Part shown: piece by piece, positions 38,186 through 51,136 of the stretch
Layout: every line of letters begins with the position of its first letter
Position numbering within the stretch: position 1 is the first letter of the stretch
Source of the DNA: Heterodontus francisci
Lineage: Eukaryota
Assembly (NCBI RefSeq): GCF_036365525.1
Contig: NC_090378.1
Span: 117,599,593 to 117,663,592, forward strand
Length of the DNA stretch: 64,000 nt
Direction: 5' to 3'
The notes under the pieces: generated by a model
What the model was told of the DNA's origin: nothing
Seen by the model: the letters and a program-made list of their open reading frames with translations, nothing else
The model's database searches: none
Position numbers and translations under genes: made by a program

Positions 38186-40419
38186 AAGAACAAAGAACAA
38201 AGAACAAAGAAAATTACAGCACAGGAACAGGCCCTTCGGCCCTCCAAGCCGACGCCGATCCAAATCCTCTATCTAAACCTGTCGCCTATTTTCTAAGGGT
38301 CTGTATCTCTTTACTTCCTGCCCATTCATGTATCTGTCTAGATACATCTTAAAAGACGCTATCGTGCCCGCGTCTACCACCTCCGCTGGTAATGCATTCC
38401 ATGCACCCACCACCCTCTGCGTAAAGAACTTTCCACTCATATCCCCCCTAAACTTTTCCCCTTTCACTTTGAACTCGTGTCCCCTTGTAATTGAATCCCC
38501 CATTCTGGGAAAAAGCTTCTTGCTATCCACCCTGTCTACACCTCTCATGATTTTGTACACCTCAATCAGGTCCCCCCTCAACCTCCGTCTTTCTAATGAA
38601 AATAATCCTAATCTACTCAACCTCTCTTCATAGCTAGCGCCCTCCATACCAGGCAACATCCTGGTGAACCTCCTCTGCACCCTCTCCAAAGCATCCACAT
38701 CCTTTTGGTAATGTGGCGACCAGAACTGCACGCAGTATTCCAAATGCGGCCGAACCAAAGTCCTATACAACTGTAACATGACCTGCCAACTCTTGTACTC
38801 AATACCCCGTCCGATGAAGGAAAGCATGCCGTATGCCTTCTTGACCACTCTATTGACCTGCGTTGCCACCTTCAGGGAACAATGGACCTGAACACCCAAA
38901 TCTCTCTGTACATCAATTTTCCCCAGGACTTTTCCATTTACTGTATAGTTCACTCTTGAATTGGATCTTCCAAAATTCATCACCTCGCATTTGCCCTGAT
39001 TGAACTCCATCTGCCATTTCTCTGCCCAACTCTCCAGTCTATCTATATTCTGCTGTATTCTCTGACAGTCCCCTTCAGTATCTGCTACTCCACCAATCTT
39101 AGTGTCGTCTGCAAACTTGCTAATCAGACCACCTATACTTTCCTCCAAATCATTTATGTATATCACAAACAACAGTGGTCCCAGCACGGATCCCTGTGGA
39201 ACACCACTGGTCACACGTCTCCATTTTGAGAAACTCCCTTCCACTGTTACTCTCTGTCTCCTGTTGCCCAGCCAGTTCTTTATCCATCTAGCTAGTACAC
39301 CTTGGACCCCATGCGCCTTCACTTTCTCCATCAGCCTACCATGGGGAACCTTATCAAACGCCTTACTGAAGTCCATGTATATGACATCTACAGCCCTTCC
39401 CTCATCAATCAACTTTGTCACTTCCTCAAAGAATTCTATTAAGTTGGTAAGACATGACCTTCCCTGCACAAAACCATGTTGCCTATCACTGATAAGCCCA
39501 TTTTCTTCCAGATGGGAATAGATCCTATCCCTCAGTATCTTCTCCAGCAGCTTCCCTACCACTGACGTCAGGCTCACCGGTCTATAATTACCTGGATTTT
39601 CCCTGCTACCCTTCTTAAGCAAGGGGACAACATTAGCAATTCTCCAGTCCTCCGGGACCTCACCCGTGTTTAAGGATGTTGCAAAGATATCTGTTAAGGC
39701 CCCAACTATTTCCTCTCTCGCTTCCCACAGTAACCTGGGATAGATCCCATCCGGACCTGGGGACTTGTCCACCTTAATGCCTTTTAGAATACCCAACACT
39801 TCCTCCCTCCTTATGCCGACTTGACCTAGAGTAATCAAACATCTGTCCCTAACCTCAACATCCGTCATGTCCCTCTCCTCGGTGAATACCGATGCAAAGT
39901 ACTCGTTTAGAATCTCACCCATTTTCTCTGACTCCACGCATAACTTTCCTCCTTTGTCCTTGAGTGGGCCAATCCTTTCTCTAGTTACCCTCTTGCTCCT
40001 TATATATGAATAAAAGGCTTTGGGATTTTCCTTCACCCTGTTTGCTAAAGATATTTCATGACCCCTTTTAGCCCTCTTAATTCCTCGTTTCAGATTGCGC
40101 CTACAATCCCGATATTCTTTCAAAGCTTCGTCTTTCTTCAGCCGCCTAGACCTTATGTGTGCTTCCTTTTTCCTCTTAGCTAGTCTCACAATTTCATCTG
40201 TCATCCATGGTTCCCTAATCTTGCCATTTCTACCCCTCATTTTCACAGGAACATGTCTCTCCTGTACGCGAATCAACCTCCCTTTAAAAGCCTCCCACAT
40301 ATCAAAAGTGGATTTACCTTCAAACAGCTGCTCCCAATCTACATTCCCCAGCTCCTGCCGAATTTTGGTATAGTTGGCCTTCCGCCAATTTAGCACCCTT
40401 CCTTTAGGACCACTCTCGT
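38186..40419 (-). mobile_element. Young 5'-truncated CR1 with uninterrupted RT frame and (TTCTTTG)n tail
   Basis: AAAGAAC tandem tail at 38186-38211 and an uninterrupted ORF. Confidence 0.95.
38273..40396 (-). CDS. CR1 ORF2 reverse transcriptase, 707 aa, lacking the N-terminal APE domain
   Basis: KSPGPDG, NYRPVSLTS, QHGF, DFSKAFDKV, GVPQGSVLGP and KFADDTK with no stops. 5'-truncated, so probably not expressed. Confidence 0.85.
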   Translation of the reverse strand: MLNWRKANYTKIRQELGNVDWEQLFEGKSTFDMWEAFKGRLIRVQERHVPVKMRGRNGKIREPWMTDEIVRLAKRKKEAHIRSRRLKKDEALKEYRDCRRNLKRGIKRAKRGHEISLANRVKENPKAFYSYIRSKRVTRERIGPLKDKGGKLCVESEKMGEILNEYFASVFTEERDMTDVEVRDRCLITLGQVGIRREEVLGILKGIKVDKSPGPDGIYPRLLWEAREEIVGALTDIFATSLNTGEVPEDWRIANVVPLLKKGSRENPGNYRPVSLTSVVGKLLEKILRDRIYSHLEENGLISDRQHGFVQGRSCLTNLIEFFEEVTKLIDEGRAVDVIYMDFSKAFDKVPHGRLMEKVKAHGVQGVLARWIKNWLGNRRQRVTVEGSFSKWRRVTSGVPQGSVLGPLLFVIYINDLEESIGGLISKFADDTKIGGVADTEGDCQRIQQNIDRLESWAEKWQMEFNQGKCEVMNFGRSNSRVNYTVNGKVLGKIDVQRDLGVQVHCSLKVATQVNRVVKKAYGMLSFIGRGIEYKSWQVMLQLYRTLVRPHLEYCVQFWSPHYQKDVDALERVQRRFTRMLPGMEGASYEERLSRLGLFSLERRRLRGDLIEVYKIMRGVDRVDSKKLFPRMGDSITRGHEFKVKGEKFRGDMSGKFFTQRVVGAWNALPAEVVDAGTIASFKMYLDRYMNGQEVKRYRPLENRRQV

Positions 40420-41659
40420 CTGCAGTAAGACATCCTTACTCCGGTACTCAAATCCTCTTGCAATGAAGGCCAACATACCATTTGCCTTCCTAACTGCTTG
40501 CAGCACCTGAATGCTTGCTTTCAGTGACTGGTGCACAAGGACACCCATGTCTCGTTGCACCTTCCCCTTACCCAATCTATCACCATACAGATAATCTGCC
40601 TTTCTATTATTACAACCAAAGTGGATTACTTCACATTTATCCACATTATACTGCATCTGCCATGCATTTGCCCATTCACCCAACTTGTGCAAATCACATT
40701 GAAGCCTCTTTGCATCCTTCTCACAGATCACTCGCACCCCACCCCCTGCCCCCCTCCTCCAGCTTTGTGTCGTCTGCAAACTTGGAAACATTTAGTTCCC
40801 TCACCCAAGTCATTAATAGATATTGTGAATAGCTGGGGCCCAAGCACTGATCCCTGCCATACCCCACTAGTCACTGCCTGCCACTCGGAAAACACCCATT
40901 TATTCCTACTCTCTGTTTCCTGTCTGTAAACCAATTCTCATTCCATGCCAATATATTACCCCCAATCCCATGTGCTTTAATTTTGCCCACGAACCTCTTA
41001 CGTGGGACCTTATCAAAAGCCTTCTGAAAATCCAAATACACCACATCCACTGGTTATCTATTATCTATTATCCTTATCATCCTTATCTATTCTACGAGTT
41101 ACAGCCTCAAAAAACTCCAGTCGATTTGATAAGCATGATCTCCCTTGCGTAAACCCATGCTGACTTTGTCCAATCCCATTTATGCCTTCCAGGTGTTCAC
41201 AGAAATGACGGGCCAAATGGGTTTTATTCATGTGCTCTACAATTACTGAGGACTGTGGATTATGATTTATGTGCTATTTCCCTTCAATATCCAGCAGTTT
41301 CAAAGTCACTGGCATTCCCTTTCCAGTAAAGTGTCTTTCCTGATCTGATCCCATGATCCGTGATAGTCACCTTCTGGAGAATATCTCCTTCACCAGGATT
41401 TTCGAGATAGTTCAGTGGGTAGCTGCGTTACATGGAACTGCCTCAACCCATTTGGTGAAGTTATCAACCAGAATAAACAGTATTTATTCCCACTGCTGGA
41501 AGTTGGAAGAGATTCTATCAAATCTATTTGCACACTGCCAAGGTCCTTCTAATCTTTGGGTGTGCCAACAACTGCCATCATTGCTATTTCTCCCACTTCT
41601 TCCATGGGATCCCAAGACTCTGCCCTGGGACAGAACACAATGTCCAGATGGAGCTGCCC

Positions 41660-44600
41660 AAGGACAGAACCACCTGGTGTGGTTGGAGTTCATTCCACTC
41701 AGCATGAGGGCAGGGTCCACGTACTGGCACTTTAACAACCGATTGCTGGAGGATGAGCAATTCCAGGATTCGTTCCATCGATTCTGGGCCGACTGGAGAA
41801 GGAAGCAGGGGGGGCTTCCCCTCCTTGACGCTATGGTAGGATGTGGGCAACACTCACATCCGTGTCTTCTGTCAGGGGTACGTGAAGGTGTCAACCAAGA
41901 GGCGGGAAGCCGAGATCGGGCACTGAGGGAGGGAGATGCTCGACTTGGAGTCCCGCTTCGGTCATGACGTCAGGGACCCGGCCCTGTGGCAGGTGTACAA
42001 AGAGAAGAAGGGTGCGCTGAGGAACCTGCAGCTCGTAGAGTCCGAGGCGTGTACATGAGGTCGTGGATCCAGATACTGGAAGATTTGGACCACGTCTCAC
42101 CCTTCTTCTACTCGCTGGAAAAATGGCGGGGCGTCATTAAGCAGCTCATTGAGCTGCTGGCTGATGACGGATCCTCCATCACGGATCCGGAGGGAATGGG
42201 CCTCCTTGTCCGCACCTATTACAGTGTGTTATTCTCTCCGGATCCATCCAATGAGGATACAAGCAGAGTTTTGTGTGAGGACCTGCCGCAGGTCAGCCCG
42301 GACGGTGCCAAAGGATTGGAGGCTCCGCTCACGTTGGCAGAGCTGACTGGTGCCCTGCACCAGCTCTCGAAGGGCAATTCCCTGGGGCTGGATCGGCTGA
42401 CCGTGGAGTTCCTCAGGATGTTCTGGGACGTCCTGGGGGACGATTATGCATGGGTTCTGGGGGACGATTACGTGTGGGCCTTGGTGGAAAGCCAGGCGAC
42501 CGGCGAGATGCCCCTCTCGTGGTGCAGGTCGGTCATCATCCTGCTGCTGAAGAGGCGCAATCTCCACTTGCTTAAAGTCCGGTCTCCGTCCTCAGTACCA
42601 GCCTGGGCTCTGTGCTGGCCCACATGATCCACCCCGACCAGTTCTACAATATTCCGGGCCGGTCCATCCAGGACAACATCCTCCTCGTCCGAGACCTGAT
42701 CCAGCTTTTCCAGAGGATTGCTCTGTTGATCGCCTTTCTCTCCCTTGATCAGGAGAAGGCGTTCGACAGGGTGGATCAAGAATACCTTTTCAGGACTCTG
42801 CGCACATTCAGACTTGGGCCGCATTTTGTGGCCCGGGTATGACTTTTATACGTCGCTGCAGAGTGTCTGGTCAAAGTTAACTGGTCCTTGACGGCGCCCC
42901 TTCGCTTTGGGAGAGGAGTGCGCCAGGGATGCCTCATTTCCAGCCAATTGTACACCATCTGTGTGGAGCCATTCCTTTGCTTGCTTCACAGGAAGTTGAA
43001 GGGCTGGCCATGCAGGTTGTCCTCTTGGCTTACGCCGATGACGTGCTCCTCACGATCATAGGTCCCATTGACTTGCGGAGGATGCGTGACTGCCGGCAGA
43101 CCTTTCCCATGTCCTCCGCAAGGATCAGTTGGGAGAAATATTCCAGATTCCTGGTGGGTCAGTGGCGGGTCGACTCACTGCCAGAGGAGTTGACACCTTT
43201 TGCGTGGAGCAACACGCACCTCCTCTATCTGGGAGTCCAACTTAGCCCCACTGAGGAAGCCAGGCCGGCAAAGTGGCAGGAATTGGAGGCGAAAGTCACC
43301 AGTTGGCTGGGGCGCTGGACAGGACTGCTCCGAGTGCTTTCCGACAGGGGCCGTGCGCTGGTCATAAACCAACTGGTGGCCTTGATGCTGTGGTATGGTT
43401 GGCCATTTTGGCTCCACCTCCTGCATTTGCCACCAAGATCCAGAAGAAGCTCGTCGATTTCTTCTGGGGCAAGAGGAAACACTGGGTCTCTGCTGCGGTC
43501 CTGAGTCTCCCAATTGAGGAGGGCGGCCAGTCGCTGGTGTGCGTCCGGACCCAGGCTGTGACGCTCCGCCTTCAAACCCTGTACGCGGAGCTGCCTCCCA
43601 GATGGGGTGTGCTGCCAAGGGCACTGCCTTCAAGACAACACGCAGCTCCCACTGGAGAACGTTAGCTGTGCCTCTCTGAGGGAGTTGCCTGTCTTTTACC
43701 GGGATCTATTCAGAGTCTGGAACATGTTCGCCTCCAGTCAGCGCGTTCCCCCGTCGGCGGAGGAGAGCGTCTCGGCTGTCCGGGTGGCCAACTCCGGCGA
43801 TGGACCAACGGGTGAAGGAGTAGCTGAAGCCTCTGGGACGCCCCTCATTGCAGGTGACGAGGGGACTTGGAAGCGTTCCCAGCAGAACTGAGCCCCATTT
43901 GGCGGAACTGCTCATCGGACCCAGGCCCCAAAACCGTCCTCGGGAGCCGGTCTCGCACAAACCAAGCCGCTTCTTGGAAATGCCCTCCGTGCCATTCCAA
44001 TCGGCGTGGAGGTGTTTCCTGTACAGGCTATTCCTGCACACTCTCTACTTCCTCGCCCTCATCAGCGGGCTGGACACGGCCTGGCAATCCGTGTTGACAT
44101 CTGGCAGCGAGGGGAAACCACAGTGGAGGTCTCTCTAAGCAGGACTCTTCCCCCTTTACATGGGGGACCTGGGGTGGAGGGTGCTGCACAGGGCAGTCCC
44201 ATGCACTAGTCTTTTAAGTAGGTTCACGGACCCCCAGGCCGCCTGTAATTTCTGCAGCCTGGACAAGTTTGTGTTCCATGTTTATATGGAATGTGCGAGG
44301 TTGCTGCCCGTCTTTGAGTATTTGAAGGGGCTGCTCCTCAAGTTTTGGCTGCACTTCAGTCCCACGCTCCTGATCTTTGGCCACCCGGAGCGGAGGGGCG
44401 TGGGCCGGGGGAAGGATCTCCTCATCGGTCTGCTCCTGGGCCTGGCCAAGGTGGCAATTCACAGGTCCAGGCTGCGGACCGTCAGGGGGTCCATCCGCCC
44501 TGATTGCCTGCTCCTCTTCCCAAGTTATGTTCGCGCCCGGGTGTCCCTGGAGAAGGAGCAAGCAGTGTCCGCGGGTTCGATCGAGGCCTTCTGCGACCCG

Positions 44601-44700
44601 TGGTCACCGCAGGGGCTGGAGTGCATCATCAATGCTGAGAATGGCATTTTAATTAGATTTTTGTTCTATTTATCTGTTTTTAATAAAGTTATTTTATAAA
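41660..44700 (+). mobile_element. Tx1/L1-clade LINE ORF2, 5'-truncated and frameshifted
   Basis: YWHFNNRLLED, SPFFYSLEK, IHPDQ..IPGRSIQDNI, SLDQEKAFDRV, GVRQGC, AYADDV, YLGV, and C-terminal DLGWRVLH...CNFC...HVYMEC. AATAAA at about 44682. Confidence 0.88.
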
Positions 44701-44784
44701 ATGCATTTTAAAGGGGACCTGAGCAATAAAGGCCCCCTCAGCAAAATAACAGGGGCCTGGGGTATAAAGGCTTCCTTCAAAATA

Positions 44785-45135
44785 AACAAGATGCACTGCA
44801 GCAACGCACCAAGTCTCCTTAGACAGAACCTTCCAAACCCACGAACTCTACCACCAAGAAGGACAAGGGCAGCAAATACATGGGAACAGCACCACCTGTA
44901 ATTTCCCCTCCAATCCACACACCATCCTGACCTGGAAGTATATCGCTGTTCCTTCACTGTCACTGGGTCAAAATCCTGGAACTCCCTTCCTAACAGCACT
45001 GTGGGTTCACCTACACCACACGGACTGCAGCAGTTCAAGAAGGCAGCTCACCACCACCTTCTCAAGGGCAATTAGGGATGGGCAATAAATGCTGGCCTGG
45101 CCAGCGGCACCCACATCCCAAGAAAGAATTTTTAA
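44785..45135 (+). mobile_element. 3' end of a second CR1/L2-group LINE family
   Basis: Reverse-complement homologue of 55842-56100 (caaaatcctggaactccc...gggcaataaatgctggcc). Confidence 0.75.
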
Positions 45136-46143
45136 AATGTAGATCAAAGCAGATTCCAACAACAGGCCGGAGGGGCTGAATGGCCTCCTACAGTGTTGTG
45201 TGATTCTCGGATTCGATGGTAAAAGCTGATGACATTAATGGAAAGTAGTGACAGAAAAATTACAGCATCGATCAGGTAAATAGTCCTGACTCAGAGGGGA
45301 ATATGTTTGGAATAATCAGGAAAACAAGGAAACAGAGGGAAAACCATTGGAATTATTCAGATTACAGTTTGGAGCCATGATGAGAGAGATAAAGTAGCCG
45401 AGGGAAAGCTTCACTGGGAGAGTTCAGGTATCAGAGGTTCGGGCTTTCCACAGGTAATGACCCCCTCGCTCTCAAAATCATCATCATCACCATCACCATC
45501 TCCTCAAAAAATCCACACTCAACCAATGTGTCCTTGTAAACTACCCCATCACTAATCTCCCTTTCCTCTCCAAAGTGTGAATGTATTTTTGCCTCATTAC
45601 TCTGTGCCCATTTTCCCCAGACTTCCCTCTTTGAAAATCTCCAATCAGGTGGATGGGGCTGGATTTTCATATCGGGGGCAGGAAATGGACGTCGGGACTG
45701 TTTCCGGGTCCCAAACCCGTCCCTGGGGGAAAACAGAAATGAGTTCCGGGTTTCACAGTGGTGACCAGTTAATTAATGCAATAACGGGGGTTTTGGGGGG
45801 CAGCTCAAGTGTGAGTCCAATTTAAACTCACCACGGCAGCCATTCCTGTGGCCGCTGTTTGAGTGCTCATACTGCAGAGTGGGAGAACACAGAGCACTTG
45901 ATTTACATAATGGTCCAGCAAAGCCAGAGGCCTGGCTGCCTTCCCGCTGGTCACATGGCCACCCAATTGTCCGTGGCAGCCTCGCCCCCTGTTCTTCTGC
46001 CCTCACGATGCCAAGAGGGTGACGATCCTCTCCACTGCCCAATCACTCACAGCCCACTCCAGCCCAACGGAGAGTGATTTCCTCGGGACTTAGTGAGGTT
46101 TAGCCGAGTTTAGGATGAGATATGTGAGACTGAGACTGCAGGC

Positions 46144-47610
46144 TGTTAAACATAAAGGCTTCTTCTTTATTCTGTTTTATTTCCACTTTCCCTTTGCTAG
46201 CCTGTGTGTTCTACAGTGGCTTCAAGTTAACAAAATGTACAATGCAATTTCAAAACACTGCAACACGACATTCCTCCCCTTCTAAGTAAATGAGAGATGT
46301 TGTATGTGTCAATGGTTTGTTTCCAAAAATGTAAAGTATAAACTTACACATAAATAGTTCACTTCGTTATCTATTCACCTATGTATGATGGGCATTTTCT
46401 CTCACAAGTAGGATATTGTCTGACATCAGGTGAAGTCTCATTTAACTCATGTTCTTCATCGGAGGTGTCGATGCTGAAATTGGATTCAATGTTTACGAGA
46501 GGTGTTTTCAGTGTTTGAAGAATGATACGTTTCTTGTGATAATTTGTGAATCGTGCTCAGCAGTGATCATTGATCCTTTTGTGTTGGTCACAACAAATGG
46601 TTGGATGTTATAAGGGGTTGTTTGTTTTCCAACATGACCATCACGTTTCACAAGTACTTTATCTCCTGGTTTTAGTGGTGTAGCCTCGAAGTTTCATGTT
46701 TCGTTCTGCATTTACCTTCAATCTATCCTTCTGATCTCGATCGTGTTGATGTATATGTTGATCATTATCTCCGTAGGGTAATTGAGGAAGACGTGTGCAC
46801 AGAGGATGTGTAAAGATGAGAGTGACTGGAGGTTTTCCAGTAGTTGAGTTTGGAGTCACTCTGTAATTATGAAGAAAGTGATATAAATCTTGCTCCCATG
46901 ACTTGTTCACAGCTGTAGCTGTCCGTATCACTATTTTCAAGGTTCACATAAATGTCTCGACTTCTCCATTAGCTCTTGGCCAATGGGGTGTGATTTCCCT
47001 ATGAGTGAACACTAGGTAGTTTGTGAATTTACTGAACTCATTGCTGTTGAATGGGGGTTCATTGTCACTTCTTACTGTTTGAGGAATTCCAAACAAGGTA
47101 AAGATCTGGTCAAGCTTTGGAATCACTGCTTTTGTTGGAGTTGACTTAACTAATTCCACGATTGGGAATCTGCTGTAGTCGTCAGTGACAACAAGCAGGT
47201 GTTCACCTGTGGGTAAATCTGTGAAATCAACACTGACACAATCCCTGGTCCTGGAGGTAGTTCAGACATCACGAGAGGATCATGAAGATTTGACATTGTG
47301 GGTAGTTGACATGGTAAACACTGATTGATTTTATCTCTACCATGCAGTTCATTCCTGGAACCCAAACCATTTGCCTAAGGAGTTGTTTGCTAGTGACTAT
47401 TCCCTGGTGTCCTTTATCAACAACACATTCTCTTAATGAGTGTGGAATGACCATACAGTTGTTGTGTAATATGAGATCAGATGTAGTTGCAACAGTGAGC
47501 TCATTTCGAACATTGGTGTGAAGATCTTGTAGTGTGTCAGAATTAATCTGTAGACGTTTCTCGATCACGTCTTTCCAGTTTCGTGATTTGATAGCAGGGA
47601 TGTCCAACCT
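46144..47610 (-). mobile_element. Gypsy LTR retrotransposon relic (integrase, PPT, short 3' LTR)
   Basis: Integrase GHQGIV..., FGIPQTVRSDNEPPFNS...PHWPRANGEVE. PPT AGAAGGGGAGGAA (46271-46283) abuts a TG...CA LTR at 46270-46144 that contains AATAAA. Confidence 0.85.
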
Positions 47611-47914
47611 TTTCGTGTCAGGGGCCAGATTACAATTTTTACCCTCCAGTAGGGGGCCAGTGAGAACATTTCGGACGATAAAGGCATTAAAAATGTATCC
47701 TTGTATGAAAACTATAACAAATGTGCATTTTTATGAAGAAGCTTTAAATGAGAAGTAATTTATTGACTTACTTTCTCATTACTATGTTGAACATTGATTT
47801 AGTGACCTACCTGACATTGTTTTTGCTTGCATTAATACTCAATCTCTGCCCACACACTTGACGTAGCGATGCAGTGTATTCCAGAATGATGTCCATGTGT
47901 CAGAGAGATATTGA

Positions 47915-48600
47915 TCTTTCTTCCTCTCTCCTCTTGCTCTCTGTATCTCTCTGTCTCTCTTTCCCCCCTCCATCTCTCTCTCCCCCTCTCAGTCCCACCC
48001 TCTCCCCTACCTCTGTCTCCCCACTCTCTCTATCAGTCTCCCTCTGTCTGTCCCACTATCCCCTCTCTCTGTCTCTCTCTCTCCCTCTCTCGCTGCCCCT
48101 TCTTTCTCTTACTCCCTGCTCTCTTTCTCTGTTTGTCTCTCACTCCCTCCTCCTCACTGCCTGCTCCCCAGTCCCTGATCCCTGCTCCCCACCCTCCACT
48201 TCCCACTCTCCACTGCCCACTCTCCACTGCCCACTCTCCTCTCCCCACTACCCACACTCCACTCCCCACTCCACGCTCTCCACTCCCCACTGTCCGTTCT
48301 CCACTCCCCACTCCACGCCTCTACTCCCCACTGTCCGTTCTCCATTCCCACTCCACGCTCTCCACTCCCCACTGTCCTTTCTCCACTCCCCATTCCACGC
48401 TCTCCACTCCCCACTGTCCGTTCTCCACTCCACGCTCCCCACTCCCCACTGTCCGTTCTCCACTCCACGCTCTCAACTCCCCACTGTCCGTTCTCCACTC
48501 CCCACTCCACGCTCTCCACTCCCCACTGTCCGTTCTCCACTCCCCACTCCACGCTCCACTCCACGCTTTCCACTCCCCGCTCTCCAATCCCGGCTCCCCT
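47915..48600. repeat. C/T-rich low-complexity tract with (CTCCACTCCCCACTGTCCGTT)-like repeats
   Basis: Direct inspection. Confidence 0.85.
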
Positions 48601-48887
48601 GTCTCTGCTGCCCATTCCCCATCTGTTCATTCTCCATCAATGTGGATTCCAGAGACAGGATGTGAATGACACTCTCCCGCTGGGCACAGCCACGTTGTGT
48701 GGGTCGGGGATCCTCACAAAAATAGAGCTGCCCACCGAAGTGCTTTGCAGGGCTGAAGTCTGGCCCATGGGCCGTATGCTGGAGAACCATATTCTAATTC
48801 TTCACCTCCAAGTGTCAAAGTGAGGCCTTTTTCCTTGTGACGTCTGTGATAGTGAAACGTGCCATTGCATCTTCAAAACGTAGCAGC

Positions 48888-50633
48888 CACACCTACAGAC
48901 AGTACTGGGTAACACACTCAAACTCAGAGACACACACCTACAGACAGTACTGGGTAACACACTCACACTCAGAGACACACACCTACAGACAGTACTGGGT
49001 AACACACTCAAACTCAGAGACACACACCTACAGACAGTACTGGGTAACACACTCAAACTCAGAGACACACACCTACAGACAGTACTGGGTAACACACTCA
49101 AACTCAGAGACACACACCTACAGACAGTACTGGGTAACACACTCAAACTCAGAGATACACACCTACAGACAGTACTGGGTAACACACTCAAACTCAGAGA
49201 CACACACCGACAGACAGTTCTGGGTAACACACTCAAACTCAGAGACACACACCTACAGACAGTACTGGGTAACACACTCAAACTCAGAGACACACACCTA
49301 CAGACAGTACTGGGTAACACACTCAAACTCAGAGATACACACCTACAGACAGTACTGGGTAACACACTCAAACTCAGAGACACACACCTACAGACAGTAC
49401 TGGGTAACACACTCAAACTCAGAGACACACACCTACAGACAGTACTGGGTAACAGACTCAAACTCAGAGACACACACCTACAGACAGTACTGGGTAACAC
49501 ACTCAAACTCAGAGACACACACCTACAGACAGTGCTGGGTAACACACTCACACTCAGAGACACACACCTACAGACAGTACTGGGTAACACACTCAAACTC
49601 AGAGACACACACCTACAGACAGTACTGGGTAACACACTCACACTCAGAGACACACACCTACAGACAGTACTGGGTAACACACTCACACTCAGAGACACAC
49701 ACCTGCAGACAGTACAGGGTAACACACTCACACTCAGAGACACACACCTACAGACAGTACTGGGTAACACACTCAAACTCAGAGACACACACCTACAGAC
49801 AGTACTGGGTAACACACCCACACTCAGAGATACACACCGACAGACAGTACTGGGTAACACACCCACACTCAGAGATACACACCTACAGACAGAACTGGGT
49901 AACACACCCACACTCAGAGATACACACCTAAGGACAGTACTGGGTAACACACCCACACTCAGAGATACACACCTCCAGACAGAACTGGGTAACACACCCA
50001 CACTCAGAGATACACACCTACCGACAGAACTGGGTAACTCACCCACAATCAGAGATACACACCTATAGACAGTACTGGGTAACACACTCAAACTCAGAGA
50101 CACACACCTACAGACAGTACTGGGTAACACACCCACACTCAGAAACACACACCTACAGACAGTACAGGCTAACACACCCAAACTCAGAGATACACACCTC
50201 CAGACAGAACTGGGTAGCACACCCACACTCAGAGATACACACCTACCGACAGAACTGGGTAACTCACCCACAATCAGAGATACACACCTGCAGACAGTAC
50301 TGGGTAACACACTCAAACTCAGAGACACACACCTACAGACAGTACTGGGTAACACACTCAAACTCAGAGACACACACCTACAGACAGTACTGGGTAACAG
50401 ACCCATACTCAGAGACACACACCTGCAGACAGTACTGTTTAACACACCCACACTCAGAGACACACACCTGCAGACAGTACTGGGTAAGACACATACTCAG
50501 AGACACGCACCTACAGACAGTACTGGGTAACACACCCACACTCAGAGACACACACCTGCAGACAGTACTGGGTAAGACACACACTCAGAGACACACACCT
50601 ACAGACAGTACTGGGTAACAGACCCATACTCAG
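48888..50633. repeat. 45-bp minisatellite, left block (CAGACAGTACTGGGTAACACACTCAAACTCAGAGACACACACCTA)
   Basis: Period 45 (48901 to 48946); 15-aa repeats in spurious ORFs. Confidence 0.97.
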
Positions 50634-50704
50634 AGGAACCCACCAAATGACTGCACTGTGTAATACACACATACTTAGACGTACACACCTACTGAGAGTA
50701 CTGG

Positions 50705-51136
50705 ATAGCTATGAAGAGAGACTGGATAGGCTAGGGTTCTTTTCCTTCGAGCAGAGAAGGCTGATGGATGACCTGATTGAGGTATATAAAATTATGAGGT
50801 GCATTGATAGGATAGATAGGAAGAAACCTTTTGCCTTAGTGGAGGGGTCAATAACCAGTGTGCATAGATTGAAGCTAAGAGGCAGGAGGCTTAGAGGAAA
50901 AGAATTTTCACCCAGAGGGTGGTGCGAATCTGGAACGCACTGCCTGAAGACTTGGTAGAGGCAGGAACCCTCACAACATTTAAGATGTATTTAGATGAGC
51001 ACTTGAAATGCCACAGCATACAAGGCTACAGGCCAAGTGCCAGAAAATGTGATTAGAATAAATCGGTGCTTGATGGTTGGCAAAGACACGATGGGCTGAA
51101 GGGCCTGGTTCTGTGCTGTATAACTCTATGATTCTA
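50705..51136 (+). mobile_element. 5'-truncated CR1 3' end inside the 45-bp array
   Basis: SYEERLDRLGFFSFEQRRLMDDLIEVYKIM; tail ctctatgattctat. Confidence 0.88.

Larger units (their letters stand above)
37598..41190 (-). mobile_element. Older CR1 fragment split by a younger CR1
   Basis: ORF 37687-38247 and ORFs 40390-40934 join across the insertion (ggccctgta|ctgcagtaagacatcc). catagaaa tail at about 37598. Confidence 0.85.

Noticed and set aside
47874-48669. Pro/Ser-rich extensin-like ORFs
   Set aside because: Low-complexity C/T repeat.
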